Shown here piece by piece: positions 18,151 to 29,656 of a DNA stretch of 64,000 nucleotides. This stretch comes from Gammaproteobacteria bacterium (GTDB lineage Bacteria > Pseudomonadota > Gammaproteobacteria > Steroidobacterales > Rariloculaceae): NCBI GenBank assembly GCA_039933105.1, contig JBDTOT010000002.1, forward strand, positions 26,058 through 90,057. Direction: 5' to 3'. The notes below the pieces were generated by a model. The model saw only the letters and a program-made list of their open reading frames with translations, had not been told where the DNA came from and searched no databases. Position numbers and translations under genes: made by a program. Position 1 is the stretch's first letter. Each line of letters begins with the position of its first letter.

Positions 18151-18387
18151 TCAACGAGCCTCGCGTTTGGTGCGGCTGTCTATGTCGGTCTGCGCCTGCA
18201 ACCAATCGCTGACCGGGTCATTGCCCTGGAACTCGCGATGTTCGGCGATGTAATAGGCGGCTTCCGCGATCATATGCTCGCGTTGTTCCGGAGTAGCTCC
18301 CGCCTCTGCATCCAGATGTCTCCCCGATTCGGAACCTGTTGCGGTTCCATGGGGATGAAACTTTGATTTGTGATGGTGGTTGGTCAT
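18151..18387 (-). CDS. DUF2934-like small protein
   Basis: MTNHHHKSKF...IAEAAYYIAEHREFQGNDPVSDWLQAQTDI, with the AYYxAExRGF...DWLxAE pattern. Confidence 0.55.
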   Translation of the reverse strand: MTNHHHKSKFHPHGTATGSESGRHLDAEAGATPEQREHMIAEAAYYIAEHREFQGNDPVSDWLQAQTDIDSRTKREAR

Positions 18388-18528
18388 TCTTATCTGCCTC
18401 TGCTTGAAGTGATGATGGTGCGACTCGCGCGCCCCTCCGCTGTGGAGAGTGTGAATGGAGATGCGACTTTGCACCGTGCGGCGTCGCACGCAGCCGCTCC
18501 TCGTCGCGACCAAGCCCAGCTGCCGGCC

Positions 18529-21144
18529 CTACGCCAGCTCGCGGACCGATGCGCGCACCGCCGGCCGCAGCCGCCGCACAATCTCCAACCACGCAGCGAA
18601 CGCCACGAGTAGCCCCGCACCGAGCGCCAGGCCCGTGGCATCGGGCATTGCGATTTGCATGATGCCGCGGAGGAACTCAATCCCAAGCACCGCGGCGAGC
18701 AGCGCGCCGATCGCGAGTGCCATGCGCAACAGCCACGGGTTCTGGCCACGAAGGCCGCCGAAGGCCGGCCGCGTGAGATCGCGATTGGCGAGGATGAGGA
18801 GCATCACGCCGACAACGAGTGCGCAGAAGACGATGCCGCGTCCCTGCTCGACGGCCTCACCGTGCGCGACGAGCCAGGCGTAGCCGCCGAGCAGGATCGC
18901 CGCCATGCCAAGCCCCTGCAGCATCCCGAAGCCGATGTGCACAAAAGCGAACGGCGAATCTTCGCTCACGCGCGGCGGCCGCTCCATGAGCCCCGCCGCC
19001 TCCGGCTCGGCCTCGAACACAATCGAGCACGCGGGATCGATGAGCAACTCGAGGAGCACGATGTGCACCGGCAGGAGCAGAGCCGGCCACTGCAGTAGTG
19101 CAGGCACGAGCGCGAGCGCGATGATCGGCATGTGCACCGCGAACGTGAAGCGCGTCGCTTTGCGGATGTTGTCGTAGATGCGCCGGCCCTGCCGAATGGC
19201 GGCGACGATGCGCGCGAAGCTGTCGTCGAGGAGCACCAAGGACGCGGCCTCGCGCGCGACGTCGGTACCCCGCTCGCCCATTGCGATCCCGACGTCCGCG
19301 GCCTTGAGCGCGGGCGCGTCGTTAACGCCGTCGCCCGTCATCGCGACGACCTCGCCGCCCGCGCGCAGGACCTGCACGAGACGTAGCTTGTCCGCGGGAC
19401 GTAGCCGCGCGCAGAGATCGACGTGGCGCAGGCGCTCGCGCAGGGCGACGTCATCGAGCGCCTGCATCTGCGCGCCCGTCATCACCGCGGGCCGTTCGGA
19501 CAAGCCGACCTGGCGCCCGATTGCGCTGGCGGTGAGCGGATGGTCGCCCGTCATCATGATGATTCGAACACCCGCGCGACGGCATTCGGCGATCGCGGCG
19601 GGTACCTCGGGGCGCGGCGGATCGGCGAGCGCGACCAGGCCGAGGAACGTGAAGTCGAAATCGTGCTGGCTCGTGGGCCACGCGGGTTGCGCGACCGCCG
19701 CGGAGGCCGAGTTCTCAGCGGTGCTCGTCGACGCCGACGGGCCCCGCCACCGACCGCGCGCGACGCCGAGCACGCGCAAGCCCCGCACGGCCATCGCGTC
19801 AAGCTGCGCGTGGATCGCCGCACGCTGCGCGACGTCGAGATGACAGAGGTCCGCGACGGCTTCCGGTGCGCCCTTGGTCGCGAGGAGATGACCCGTCGGA
19901 TCCGCGCTCGCGAAGACACGCGTCATTGCGAGAATTTCGGCCGAGAGCGCGTACTCGAACTCGGGCGTGCGGCCGTCGTGGACGTGCTCGGTGCCGGCGA
20001 GCCACTGGTGGCCGAATTGCTGGATCGCTTTCTCCATCGGATCGAACGGATCGCCCGGCGTCGCGAGCATCGCGAACTCGACCAACTCATGAAAGGTCTC
20101 CGGTAGCGCCACGGCAGCAGTCGGCGCGAACTCCTCGCCTTCGACGGCGAGCGCCGCGACCGCCATGCGGTTCATGGTGAGCGTGCCGGTCTTGTCGACC
20201 GCAAGCACGGTGATGGCGCCAAGCGCCTCCACCGCGGCGACACGCCGCGTCAGTACCTTCTGCTGCGAAATCCGCCAGGCCCCCAACGCGAGGAATACGG
20301 TGAGGATCACCGGGATCTCCTCCGGGAGAATGGCCATCGCAAGCGCGATGCCCGCCAGCAGACTGTCGAGGAGCGTGCGTCCGTCCCACCACCAGCCGAG
20401 CAGCACCTGCGCAACGGCGACCACCGCTGCGACGGCGCCGAGCCGCTTCACGAGCGTTCCGGAGGCGCGCTGCATGGCGGTCGCCGATTCGGTTGTGGCG
20501 GCGAGATCCGCGCCGATGCGGCCGCCGGCCGTGGCCAACGCCGTCGCATGCACTTCGGCGAGACCCACACCCTTCGTTACTACTGTGCTCGCGAATAGCG
20601 CGTCGGTGCCCTCGCCGCCGGGCGATGCGGACACCTTGGCCTCGTTCGAGCCGTCGACCGCCGCAGGCAGCTTCGTCACCGGCACCGCTTCGCCGGTGAG
20701 CAGCGACTCGTCGGTCGCGAGCTGCCCATCCACGAGCCTCGCGTCGGCGGGCACTCGATCGCCTTCGCGAAGCACGAGCAGGTCACCGCGCACGACGTCG
20801 CGGCCGGCGATGCGCGCCTCCACGCCGTCGCGAATGACGAGCGCGCGCGGCGCCGACAAGTCGCGCAGCGATTCGAGCGCACGCTGCGTCTTGCGCTCCT
20901 GTGCGAGTGTGATGCCGATCACCACGAACACGAAGCCGAGCAGAAAGATCGCTTCCGCGCGATCACCGAGCGCGAGATAGATGCCGCCCGCGGCGAGCAG
21001 CATGAGGAACATCGGCTCGGAGAGCACCTCGCGCGCGATGGCGAAGCTCGACTTCGGCGTCGTGCCTGGGAGCGCGTTCGGCCCGTCGGCGGCGAGGCGT
21101 CGCGCCGCTTCCGCTGCGGTCAGGCCATGTCGTTCGGTCAGCAT
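18529..21144 (-). CDS. cation-translocating P-type ATPase (P2-like)
   Basis: 871 aa with DKTGTLT, TGES-like LTGEAVP, MTGDGVNDAPALKAADVGIAMG and 10 TM helices. Confidence 0.9.
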   Translation of the reverse strand: MLTERHGLTAAEAARRLAADGPNALPGTTPKSSFAIAREVLSEPMFLMLLAAGGIYLALGDRAEAIFLLGFVFVVIGITLAQERKTQRALESLRDLSAPRALVIRDGVEARIAGRDVVRGDLLVLREGDRVPADARLVDGQLATDESLLTGEAVPVTKLPAAVDGSNEAKVSASPGGEGTDALFASTVVTKGVGLAEVHATALATAGGRIGADLAATTESATAMQRASGTLVKRLGAVAAVVAVAQVLLGWWWDGRTLLDSLLAGIALAMAILPEEIPVILTVFLALGAWRISQQKVLTRRVAAVEALGAITVLAVDKTGTLTMNRMAVAALAVEGEEFAPTAAVALPETFHELVEFAMLATPGDPFDPMEKAIQQFGHQWLAGTEHVHDGRTPEFEYALSAEILAMTRVFASADPTGHLLATKGAPEAVADLCHLDVAQRAAIHAQLDAMAVRGLRVLGVARGRWRGPSASTSTAENSASAAVAQPAWPTSQHDFDFTFLGLVALADPPRPEVPAAIAECRRAGVRIIMMTGDHPLTASAIGRQVGLSERPAVMTGAQMQALDDVALRERLRHVDLCARLRPADKLRLVQVLRAGGEVVAMTGDGVNDAPALKAADVGIAMGERGTDVAREAASLVLLDDSFARIVAAIRQGRRIYDNIRKATRFTFAVHMPIIALALVPALLQWPALLLPVHIVLLELLIDPACSIVFEAEPEAAGLMERPPRVSEDSPFAFVHIGFGMLQGLGMAAILLGGYAWLVAHGEAVEQGRGIVFCALVVGVMLLILANRDLTRPAFGGLRGQNPWLLRMALAIGALLAAVLGIEFLRGIMQIAMPDATGLALGAGLLVAFAAWLEIVRRLRPAVRASVRELA

Positions 21145-21499
21145 CGTGTTCGGAGAAGGGGCCGCGCGTCAGGGCGACGTACGGCAACGGTGGTCTAGCG
21201 GTAGCCGCAGCGTGTTTATCGCCGCAGACATAGCGATGATACAGCCTGGCCACACTGAGCAGCCCACGCACTGCTGCGCGGCCGTCGAGCTCCGTGAAAC
21301 CGCTGGATTCGCCGGTTCTTTGGCGGATACGCCTTCTTGTTCAGTGACCCCGCATCGAACCCTGCACGTTCGTTCGCCATCGCGAACCGCGCTGAGCTTT
21401 GCCAGAATGGCTCGCACGCGTCCACTGGCCTACGGCGCGGGGCCGTTCGAGATTTCAATTCGCCGCGCACACTGAGCTACCCGCGGAAAGAGGTGCCAC

Positions 21500-22591
21500 A
21501 TGATTTCACTGCAACGTTGGGTCCCCCTTGCCGTCGTCCTTTTCATCGGCGGCGTCGCCCCCTCGGTCGTCGCTCAGAATGCGACGGTCGCGCAACCTGC
21601 CTTGCAGGCAGTGGCGCCTTCGCCCGGTTGTCATGACGAGCAGGGGCTGATCTATATATGCGGCCTCGTCGTCCCGGAAGATATTCTGACCGTGGGGTCC
21701 ACCGGTCTTCTGCTTGCGTCCGGTCACCGTGCTCCCGGTCACCTGTATCTGATCGATCCGGTGGCACGGACGCAGTCGGAGCTCATCCATGGCGCCTCGT
21801 TCGCGCTGCGGCATGACACGCGCGCCTATCCCGACTGTCCGGGGCCGCTAAACCTGCAGGCCTTCGATGTGCATGGCTTAAGCCTGGCCGAGAAGTCGCC
21901 CCGGCGCTTTAGTCTCTTCACCACGAGCCACGGCGCGCGCGAGGCTATCGAAATCTACGATCTCGACCTTCGCGGCGCGGCACCGACCCTCACCTGGAAG
22001 GGCTGCGTTCTTCTGCAGCAGGAGGGTTACCACAACAGTGTGGCCCAGCTCGCCGACGGCGGATTCGTGACGACCAGAATGCGGGACCAGACCTACCGGG
22101 GTGCTCAAGGCGCCCCGGCCGGAATCACCGGCCGGCTGTTCGAGTGGCATCCGGGCGGCTCACTGCAGCCGTTGGCCGGCACCGAGCTGTCGCTGCCGAA
22201 CGGCATCGATGTCTCGAAGGACGAGCGCTACGTGTTCGTCGCCGCCATGGGTACACAGGAAGTGGTCCGTTTCGATCGCTGGGCGACGCCTATGACGAAG
22301 CGCGCGGTGGCACTGTCCATTCGGCCGGACAACGTCCACTGGGCCACCAATGGCAAGCTTCTGACCGCAGGCCCGAACTATGTCGCGCCCACGGTATGCA
22401 GCGGCGCAGGCTGCGCCACCGGTTGGTCGGTGCTGGAAGTCGATCCGAAGACGTTGGCCTTCTCGCGACTTGGCGGCGCGGATCAAACGGCCGCGATGCA
22501 GGCCGTGAGCTCGGCTATGCGAGTGGGCGACGACATCTGGGCAAGCAGCAATGACGATCGTGTCGCCCGCTTCTCGCTGCCGCGGCCCTGA
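21500..22591 (+). CDS. secreted beta-propeller protein (SMP-30/gluconolactonase/paraoxonase-like)
   Basis: Signal peptide present. LPNGIDVSKDERYVFVAAMGTQEVVRFD is typical of SGL/paraoxonase-type propellers. Confidence 0.5.
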   Translation: MISLQRWVPLAVVLFIGGVAPSVVAQNATVAQPALQAVAPSPGCHDEQGLIYICGLVVPEDILTVGSTGLLLASGHRAPGHLYLIDPVARTQSELIHGASFALRHDTRAYPDCPGPLNLQAFDVHGLSLAEKSPRRFSLFTTSHGAREAIEIYDLDLRGAAPTLTWKGCVLLQQEGYHNSVAQLADGGFVTTRMRDQTYRGAQGAPAGITGRLFEWHPGGSLQPLAGTELSLPNGIDVSKDERYVFVAAMGTQEVVRFDRWATPMTKRAVALSIRPDNVHWATNGKLLTAGPNYVAPTVCSGAGCATGWSVLEVDPKTLAFSRLGGADQTAAMQAVSSAMRVGDDIWASSNDDRVARFSLPRP

Positions 22592-22599
22592 GCAATTTC

Positions 22600-22734
22600 T
22601 TAAGTGAGAGCCAAGCTCTGCTCAATGGCACGATGTCGGTTGGCACGCTAGCGCGTGTCGGACTGAGCCAGTCTGCGTTGTCTCGGCATTTGGCGGCGCT
22701 CCGGGAATCGGGTGTCGTCGCGATCAAACATTGA
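22600..22734 (+). pseudogene. ArsR/SmtB-family HTH remnant, truncated at both ends
   Basis: ...LLNGTMSVGTLARVGLSQSALSRHLAALRESGVVAIKH*. No start codon and no wing region. Confidence 0.65.
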
Positions 22735-22839
22735 GGTATTGCGCGGATCGTCGGTGTGCTGGCGAACAGACCCGTTCGAAGGTACGTCATACCGTGCAGC
22801 ACAAATGCAGGCACAGGATGTGTTTGCGTAAGGAGAATC

Positions 22840-23952
22840 ATGCTGTACGGAACTAGAACGCAAAAGACCTTCACGCTCGCAGCCGTCGTGCTGACGGCCA
22901 CTGCATCGAGCGCGGTATCGGCCCAATCGGAATCACAGCAGCCTTTGCAGGAGGCGCGCGGCTATGTATTCGTGCTGCCGCACTATCTCTCGGCCGACGC
23001 CAATCGGCGCGGTACCAGTGAGGACGGACGCGGCATGGCAGTGGGGTACGGGCATCCGCTCAGCGAGCGATGGTCTTGGGAAGTACAAACGTTTGCCGAC
23101 CTGATCACGGTGCAACCCGCGACATCGACGGACTACTACCGCTATGGGGCCGGCGTGGATATGAAGTACCGCTTTAGGCGTGGTGACGGCGCTTCGCCGT
23201 TCGTGCTGGTGGGCGCGGGTTTGCTGCACAACGACGTGGCGCCCCCTACTGCGGATGCCACCGATGTCTTCGCCAACGTCGGGCTTGGGTTTATGACCGG
23301 CGCACTAGGCAAGAGCGAGCTTCGGCTGCGTACCGAAGTGCGCTATATGCGCGATCGGTTCGAAACCGGCTTTTTGGAAGGCGAAAAAAACGATCGGCGT
23401 TTTTCGCTCGGAGTGCAAATTCCGTTGGGACGCCGCGAAGTGGTGCGCGAAGTCGAGCGCGAGGTGGTGCGCGAGCGGGTAGTCACCCAAACCGTGCCCG
23501 CTGAGATTGTCGACACCGATCACGACGGTGTGCCGGATCAGAACGACCGCTGTCCCGGCACGCTCGAAGGTCTTGCCACGGACAATCGCGGTTGCGCAGC
23601 TACAAGCCGGCAATCCAGCGTGCGTCTCGACGGCGTGACGTTCGAGTTCAACTCCGCGCAGCTCACCGCGAGCGCATCTGAGACCCTGCGGCGGGTCGCC
23701 GACGCGCTTCGCGGAGAACCGAATCTGCGCGCGGAAATTGCTGGGCACACCGACAGCGTGGGCTCCGACGAGTACAACCTGAAGCTGTCGCAGGACCGTG
23801 CCAATTCCGTTCAGCAATTCCTGGTTGCGCAAGGCATCGACCGCGGCCGTCTTCAGGCGCGCGGGTACGGCGAGGGGCGACCGGTGGCCGACAACGGCTC
23901 CGCGGATGGACGCGATCGCAATCGGCGCGTCGAGTTTGTCGTTTTGAATTGA
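22840..23952 (+). CDS. OmpA family outer-membrane protein with thrombospondin type-3-like repeat
   Basis: AAGGAGA RBS and a signal peptide. DTDHDGVPDQNDRCPGT is TSP3-like. The C-terminal OmpA domain reads GHTDSVGSDEYNLKLSQDRANSV...NRRVEFVV. Confidence 0.85.
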   Translation: MLYGTRTQKTFTLAAVVLTATASSAVSAQSESQQPLQEARGYVFVLPHYLSADANRRGTSEDGRGMAVGYGHPLSERWSWEVQTFADLITVQPATSTDYYRYGAGVDMKYRFRRGDGASPFVLVGAGLLHNDVAPPTADATDVFANVGLGFMTGALGKSELRLRTEVRYMRDRFETGFLEGEKNDRRFSLGVQIPLGRREVVREVEREVVRERVVTQTVPAEIVDTDHDGVPDQNDRCPGTLEGLATDNRGCAATSRQSSVRLDGVTFEFNSAQLTASASETLRRVADALRGEPNLRAEIAGHTDSVGSDEYNLKLSQDRANSVQQFLVAQGIDRGRLQARGYGEGRPVADNGSADGRDRNRRVEFVVLN

Positions 23953-23958
23953 CGGAAC

Positions 23959-23988
23959 CGAGGTGGGCCGCGCGGGCTGCCCACCTCG
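23959..23988 (+). terminator. stem-loop after the ompA-family gene
   Basis: cgaggtgggc / gcccacctcg forms a perfect 10-bp stem with a 10-nt loop. There is no clear U tract. Confidence 0.45.
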
Positions 23989-24025
23989 TGTCAAAACCGC
24001 TAGCCGGAGGGCATGAGCGGCGCTA

Positions 24026-25319
<1,294 letters not shown>

Positions 25320-25468
25320 CTGGTGCGGCTCCCCCTATCTCCGAGGCTGCGGCGGCCTGGCCGATGGCGTAAAGAAATAGGACGGGCGGCCGGGTGGTGC
25401 TGATAACTGTGTTCCATCCCCGGCGTTCTCTCTATCATTGGGTTTGATTTCCGTTGGGAGGGACCTCC

Positions 25469-26473
25469 ATGCAACGCCTGATTGCCACTGCCCCGCTTCT
25501 CGCTGCGAGCGCGCTACTGAGCGCCTCGGCTTACGCCCACCACAGCATGTCGATGTTCGACATGTCGAAAGTGGAAGTGATCGAAGGCAAGGTCGCGAAG
25601 CTCGAGTGGACGAACCCGCACATGTACCTGACCGTCGAAACCAAGGGGCCAGACGGTAAGCCGGTGCTCATCGATGGCGAAGGCCTCGGCATCACGCAAG
25701 CACTGGTCGACGGCTTGAAGCGCGAAGACTTGAAGCCCGGCACACCGGTCGTCGTTCGCATCAATCCGAATCGCGGCGGCTTCGGCAAGCAGGTGCGCGT
25801 GCTCGACGTCACGACTCAGGACGGCGAGATTCACCCGTTCTACGCGGCGAACACTCGCACTCGCGTGTTGACGCCTGCCACGAGCGTCGCCGGCCACTGG
25901 GCCCCGAACCGCGCCTCGCTCGGCGCAGCGTTCGGCGCCATGGCGCAGTTCCCGATCAACGACGCGGCCAAGGCCGAGCGCGCGAAGGATCTCGGCAACG
26001 CGCTGTGCTACGTCGAGCCCGCCCCGTTCGGCGCCGTGCTCGACGAGCTGCGCACGATCGACGTTAGTAAGAACGAAGTCGTGATGAAGTTCGACAACAC
26101 GGGCGACAAGTTCGAGCGCGTCATCCACATAACCGACAAGCATCCTGCCAACGTGAAGCCCACTCGGCACGGGGACTCCATCGGCCGGTGGGACGGCGAC
26201 ACGCTCGTCGTCGACACCGTTGCCTTCGAGCCCTCGATCTCCGGCCTCGGCGCCAGCGTGCCGTCGGGCCCGGCCAAGCACACGGTCGAGAAATTCACGC
26301 TGACTCCGGACAAGGTGCGCCTGCGGTACGAGATCACGATCGAAGACCCGATGTATCTCACGGCCACGGCCTCGCTGACCGAGCAGTGGGACCACCGCCC
26401 CGACCTCGAATTCACGCAGGACACGGCCGGCTGCACAGAGGGCGCGCGCGACAAGTACAAGCAAGCCTTCTAA
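25469..26473 (+). CDS. secreted fusion protein: DUF6152 N-terminal domain + paralog-family core domain
   Basis: Signal peptide ...SASAYA, then HHSMSMFDMSKVEVIEGKVAKLEWTNPHMY. The C-terminal half has HGDSIGRWDGDTLVVDTVAF and IEDPMYLTATA. Confidence 0.75.
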   Translation: MQRLIATAPLLAASALLSASAYAHHSMSMFDMSKVEVIEGKVAKLEWTNPHMYLTVETKGPDGKPVLIDGEGLGITQALVDGLKREDLKPGTPVVVRINPNRGGFGKQVRVLDVTTQDGEIHPFYAANTRTRVLTPATSVAGHWAPNRASLGAAFGAMAQFPINDAAKAERAKDLGNALCYVEPAPFGAVLDELRTIDVSKNEVVMKFDNTGDKFERVIHITDKHPANVKPTRHGDSIGRWDGDTLVVDTVAFEPSISGLGASVPSGPAKHTVEKFTLTPDKVRLRYEITIEDPMYLTATASLTEQWDHRPDLEFTQDTAGCTEGARDKYKQAF

Positions 26474-26486
26474 ATCGCGCGCTGAG

Positions 26487-26523
26487 CCGCTCCCGTCATT
26501 GCAGGCGTGCGGGACGGGAGCGG
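26487..26523. terminator. bidirectional stem-loop between convergent genes
   Basis: ccgctcccgtc / gacgggagcgg forms a perfect 11-bp stem with a 15-nt loop. It lies between the stop at 26473 (+) and the stop at 26528 (-). Confidence 0.55.
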
Positions 26524-26527
26524 TCCG

Positions 26528-29500
26528 TTACAGTTCCCAGTTGAACCCGACCGAATAGCGCCGGCCACGGAGATCGCCAAAATAGCCGTTGGTGGCGAAG
26601 CCGTTGAAGGCGGCCAAGGCCACGTAGTTCGCTCGCGGGTCCGCGTCCAACAGATTGTTGATCACGCCGTACAGGCTGAACTTACTATTCTTGAATCGGT
26701 AGCGGACGCTCGCATCCGTGATCAGGCTCGACTCTATCTTTTGAACATTGGCGGGCACGTCGTATCGCACCGCGCCTCCGTTGAACGTGGGCTGGTACAC
26801 GTTCTGCGTGAGGCTTTGGATCATGCTATCCGTATACCGAAACTGCAGAGTGACCGACAGCGGCCCGCGGATCAGCGACCCGCTGAGCTGGTACTGAAAC
26901 TCGGGTAATCCGGTCGTGGTCGCGGGAACGCCCAACACACCTGCACTGTCCGTACGCGTACCCGCACTGTCCGTCAGTGCGTTGTCCATCAGATACGTGC
27001 CGACCCAGCGCACGTTGATATTGCTGCCGCTGAACCACTTGACCGACGTGTTCCAGTCGAGCTCGAAATCGACGCCGCGTGCCTCGGCCTGCTGCACGTT
27101 GACGTAGACGTCGTTCACGATCGAGATCCGGTTCAAGCCCGGGTTGATCGTGCTCGGCCCACCGTTGCGCTCGATCTGGGCACAGGTATCTACGTTGTTC
27201 TGCAAATAGCAGCTCGTGACGATGTTCTGCACGCCATACAGGTTGATGTTGTCCGTGAGCTTCGTGTCGTACCAATCGACCGAGAAGTCGAGACTCTCGA
27301 CTCTCCTTGGGCGAAACACGATGCCCGCGGTGTACGTCTTCGCGGTTTCGGGCTTCACCGTTGGGTTACCGCCCGAAACCGTGGTGACGACGTAACGCGA
27401 CGCAGGCGCACCCGTCCGGTCTTCACCGTAGTCGGTGACCGTGAACACACCGCCGGTTCGGTCGTACCGTTCGGCGAGGTTCGGGGCGCGCGCGTCTTGC
27501 GACGACGTCGTACGGAACCGAAGCCGATCACCGGCGGCCCACTCGATGGCGGCTTTCCACGACCCGGCGCTACCGGAACCCGAGTAGTCGGCCCACCGAT
27601 ACGCGAGATCGAGGTCCATACGCTTGGCAAAACGCTTGTCAACGACCAACGGCACGCGGAACTCCGTGAACGCCTCCTTCACGTCGAAGGCACCGATACC
27701 GAACGGTACCTTGGAGAACTGGATTTCGACGGAGTTGGCGGCGTCGGCACCGGGCACACCGCGAATGCCGAGCGCGGCGTTATTCGCCTCAACGGGACGG
27801 GCCGCCGGATCCGCGGTAGGGTTACCCTGCGACGCCTGAACGTATTGGACAAAGCTCTCTTTGCGATACGCCACGCCCATGGCCATCGAAATCGGGCCCG
27901 CCCAACCTTTGGCAAGGTCACCGTCGGCCGTGAACTCCCACACGTCCTGCTTCAAACTGATGACACGCTCTTTGTCTGCCGTGGCGGTGTACGAGTACGG
28001 CAGCGAGCCGCCCCCCGGCAACCATCCGTTTACGGAAACCTGCCCGCCGGGATCGAACCCAGTGACCCAATCGATGGCCGCGGCGGAGGCGTTACCCCGC
28101 CCAAACAGGTTGATGGGCACGCAGTCCGGGTGCTGGCCGGAGACGCGCGTCACGTTGCAGACAACGTTGCCGCTGGTGTCGCGCACGGCGTCCGCCGCAA
28201 GATAGATTCGATCGACTCGCAGACCGTTGTGCTGCCGAGCCTCGACGTTCGTCTTGCCGTTCTGGTAGTAGCCCTTGACGATCCAATCGCTGAAGAAACC
28301 ATCGGTATTGAGCCGCAGATCGAAGCCACCCGTGATCGACGTGACATCCGTCGGCTGATCCGTCCGCGCGTCGGCCGAGAGGTCGGAGGTATCGCCAAGA
28401 CGACCGAAGCTGACGCTCGGGAACTGAGGTGCGACCGCCGTACCTGTTCCTATCATCGTCTGCTGGATGTTTGCCGGCAGGTAGGGGTTACCGCTGTAAA
28501 TCGTTATGCCGCGGGGCCCGAACAGATTGCCGGCGCCGGCACGGTTGACCCAGTTGCCTTCGCCGTACAAGACCTGGCCATAGACTTTGAAGTTGTCGGT
28601 GAACTTGTGTTCGACGTAGGCGAACACATTCTCGCTATTCGTCTTCGGCTGAAGCTGCGCGGCGGATATGCCGTTATCCGTGCCACTGCCGCCGTTAACG
28701 AGGGTCTGTGAAATACCATCGGCAGTACTTCCGGCCACGAACGGCGTTGCATTGCCGTTCGGGTCGAGGATCCACTTGCTGCCGTTCGAAAAAGTGACGA
28801 CGCCATCGAGCGATCCCAGGTTCGAAACGACCTGCGGGTACAGCAGATTGACGGGGTTGTCTGGCGTTTTGCCTCTGTTTGCGGCATCCGGGTTTTGGAT
28901 CAGGGCCCAGCCCCGGTACCAATCGTAGCCGTCGCGAGTCCAGATCGGATCCTCGGAAAACTTTTCGGCGGAAACGAGTAGATGAGTCTTCTCGCCAAGC
29001 TGGAAACCTGCGGCGATCGACGCTTTCCAGTTCTGGTTGTCACCGCGCGCAGTCGCGCCGGTCTGTACGCTACCCTTGATGCCTTCGAATTTCGTATCGA
29101 GCAACAAGTTGATGACCCCGCCGACGGCATCCGTCCCATACGTGGCCGTAGCCCCACCGGTCTCAGTCTCGACCGTGCGAACGAGCGCTTGTGGAAGCAT
29201 GTTCAAGTCGGGACCACCATAGATCGTGGACGACACGACCCGCCGGCCATCCAGCAGTTGCAATGTGCGCTTGGTACCCAGTCCCCTGAGGTTCAGCGAG
29301 CCCGCGCCCGGTGACGTGAAAAAGTTGCCGGTGTTGTCGGTGGTGTTGGAGTTGTAGAACTGGGGCAATGCCGCGAGCCCTTCGACCATCGTCGTGGGCG
29401 ACGTGATCTGCAGTTGCTCCGGAGTCACGATCGTCACCGGATTGGCCGTCTCCATGCCGTTGAGACGAATACGCGACCCCGTGATGATGATCTCTTCCGT

Positions 29501-29656
29501 AGGCCCCTGTGGTTGCGCTTGCGGTTGCGCCTGGCCTTGCGCCACACCGTGCGCGCTCGCAACAAACAACGCGACGGCCGACCAGCGAAACAGTGAACTA
29601 GGGAAAGCTTTTCTCGTGGCGCATGACCGCGCATCACACGACTTCGTGCGTGTCAT
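26528..29656 (-). CDS. TonB-dependent receptor
   Basis: 1042 aa with a signal peptide and plug region EEIIITGSRIR...NPVTIVT...LNLRGLGTKRTLQLLDGRR. It has a long beta-barrel and a C-terminal GRRYSVGFNWEL. Confidence 0.9.
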   Translation of the reverse strand: MTRTKSCDARSCATRKAFPSSLFRWSAVALFVASAHGVAQGQAQPQAQPQGPTEEIIITGSRIRLNGMETANPVTIVTPEQLQITSPTTMVEGLAALPQFYNSNTTDNTGNFFTSPGAGSLNLRGLGTKRTLQLLDGRRVVSSTIYGGPDLNMLPQALVRTVETETGGATATYGTDAVGGVINLLLDTKFEGIKGSVQTGATARGDNQNWKASIAAGFQLGEKTHLLVSAEKFSEDPIWTRDGYDWYRGWALIQNPDAANRGKTPDNPVNLLYPQVVSNLGSLDGVVTFSNGSKWILDPNGNATPFVAGSTADGISQTLVNGGSGTDNGISAAQLQPKTNSENVFAYVEHKFTDNFKVYGQVLYGEGNWVNRAGAGNLFGPRGITIYSGNPYLPANIQQTMIGTGTAVAPQFPSVSFGRLGDTSDLSADARTDQPTDVTSITGGFDLRLNTDGFFSDWIVKGYYQNGKTNVEARQHNGLRVDRIYLAADAVRDTSGNVVCNVTRVSGQHPDCVPINLFGRGNASAAAIDWVTGFDPGGQVSVNGWLPGGGSLPYSYTATADKERVISLKQDVWEFTADGDLAKGWAGPISMAMGVAYRKESFVQYVQASQGNPTADPAARPVEANNAALGIRGVPGADAANSVEIQFSKVPFGIGAFDVKEAFTEFRVPLVVDKRFAKRMDLDLAYRWADYSGSGSAGSWKAAIEWAAGDRLRFRTTSSQDARAPNLAERYDRTGGVFTVTDYGEDRTGAPASRYVVTTVSGGNPTVKPETAKTYTAGIVFRPRRVESLDFSVDWYDTKLTDNINLYGVQNIVTSCYLQNNVDTCAQIERNGGPSTINPGLNRISIVNDVYVNVQQAEARGVDFELDWNTSVKWFSGSNINVRWVGTYLMDNALTDSAGTRTDSAGVLGVPATTTGLPEFQYQLSGSLIRGPLSVTLQFRYTDSMIQSLTQNVYQPTFNGGAVRYDVPANVQKIESSLITDASVRYRFKNSKFSLYGVINNLLDADPRANYVALAAFNGFATNGYFGDLRGRRYSVGFNWEL

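Noticed and set aside
21330-21440. tRNA-like strings (ggtctagcggtag at about 21190, and gcatcgaaccctgc on the reverse strand at about 21350) in the 355-bp divergent spacer upstream of the P-type ATPase.
   Set aside because: I could not fold a cloverleaf. The T-loop-like GGTTCGAT has no complementary return strand, and no matching acceptor or anticodon arms are present. A covariance-model scan would be needed to be sure.
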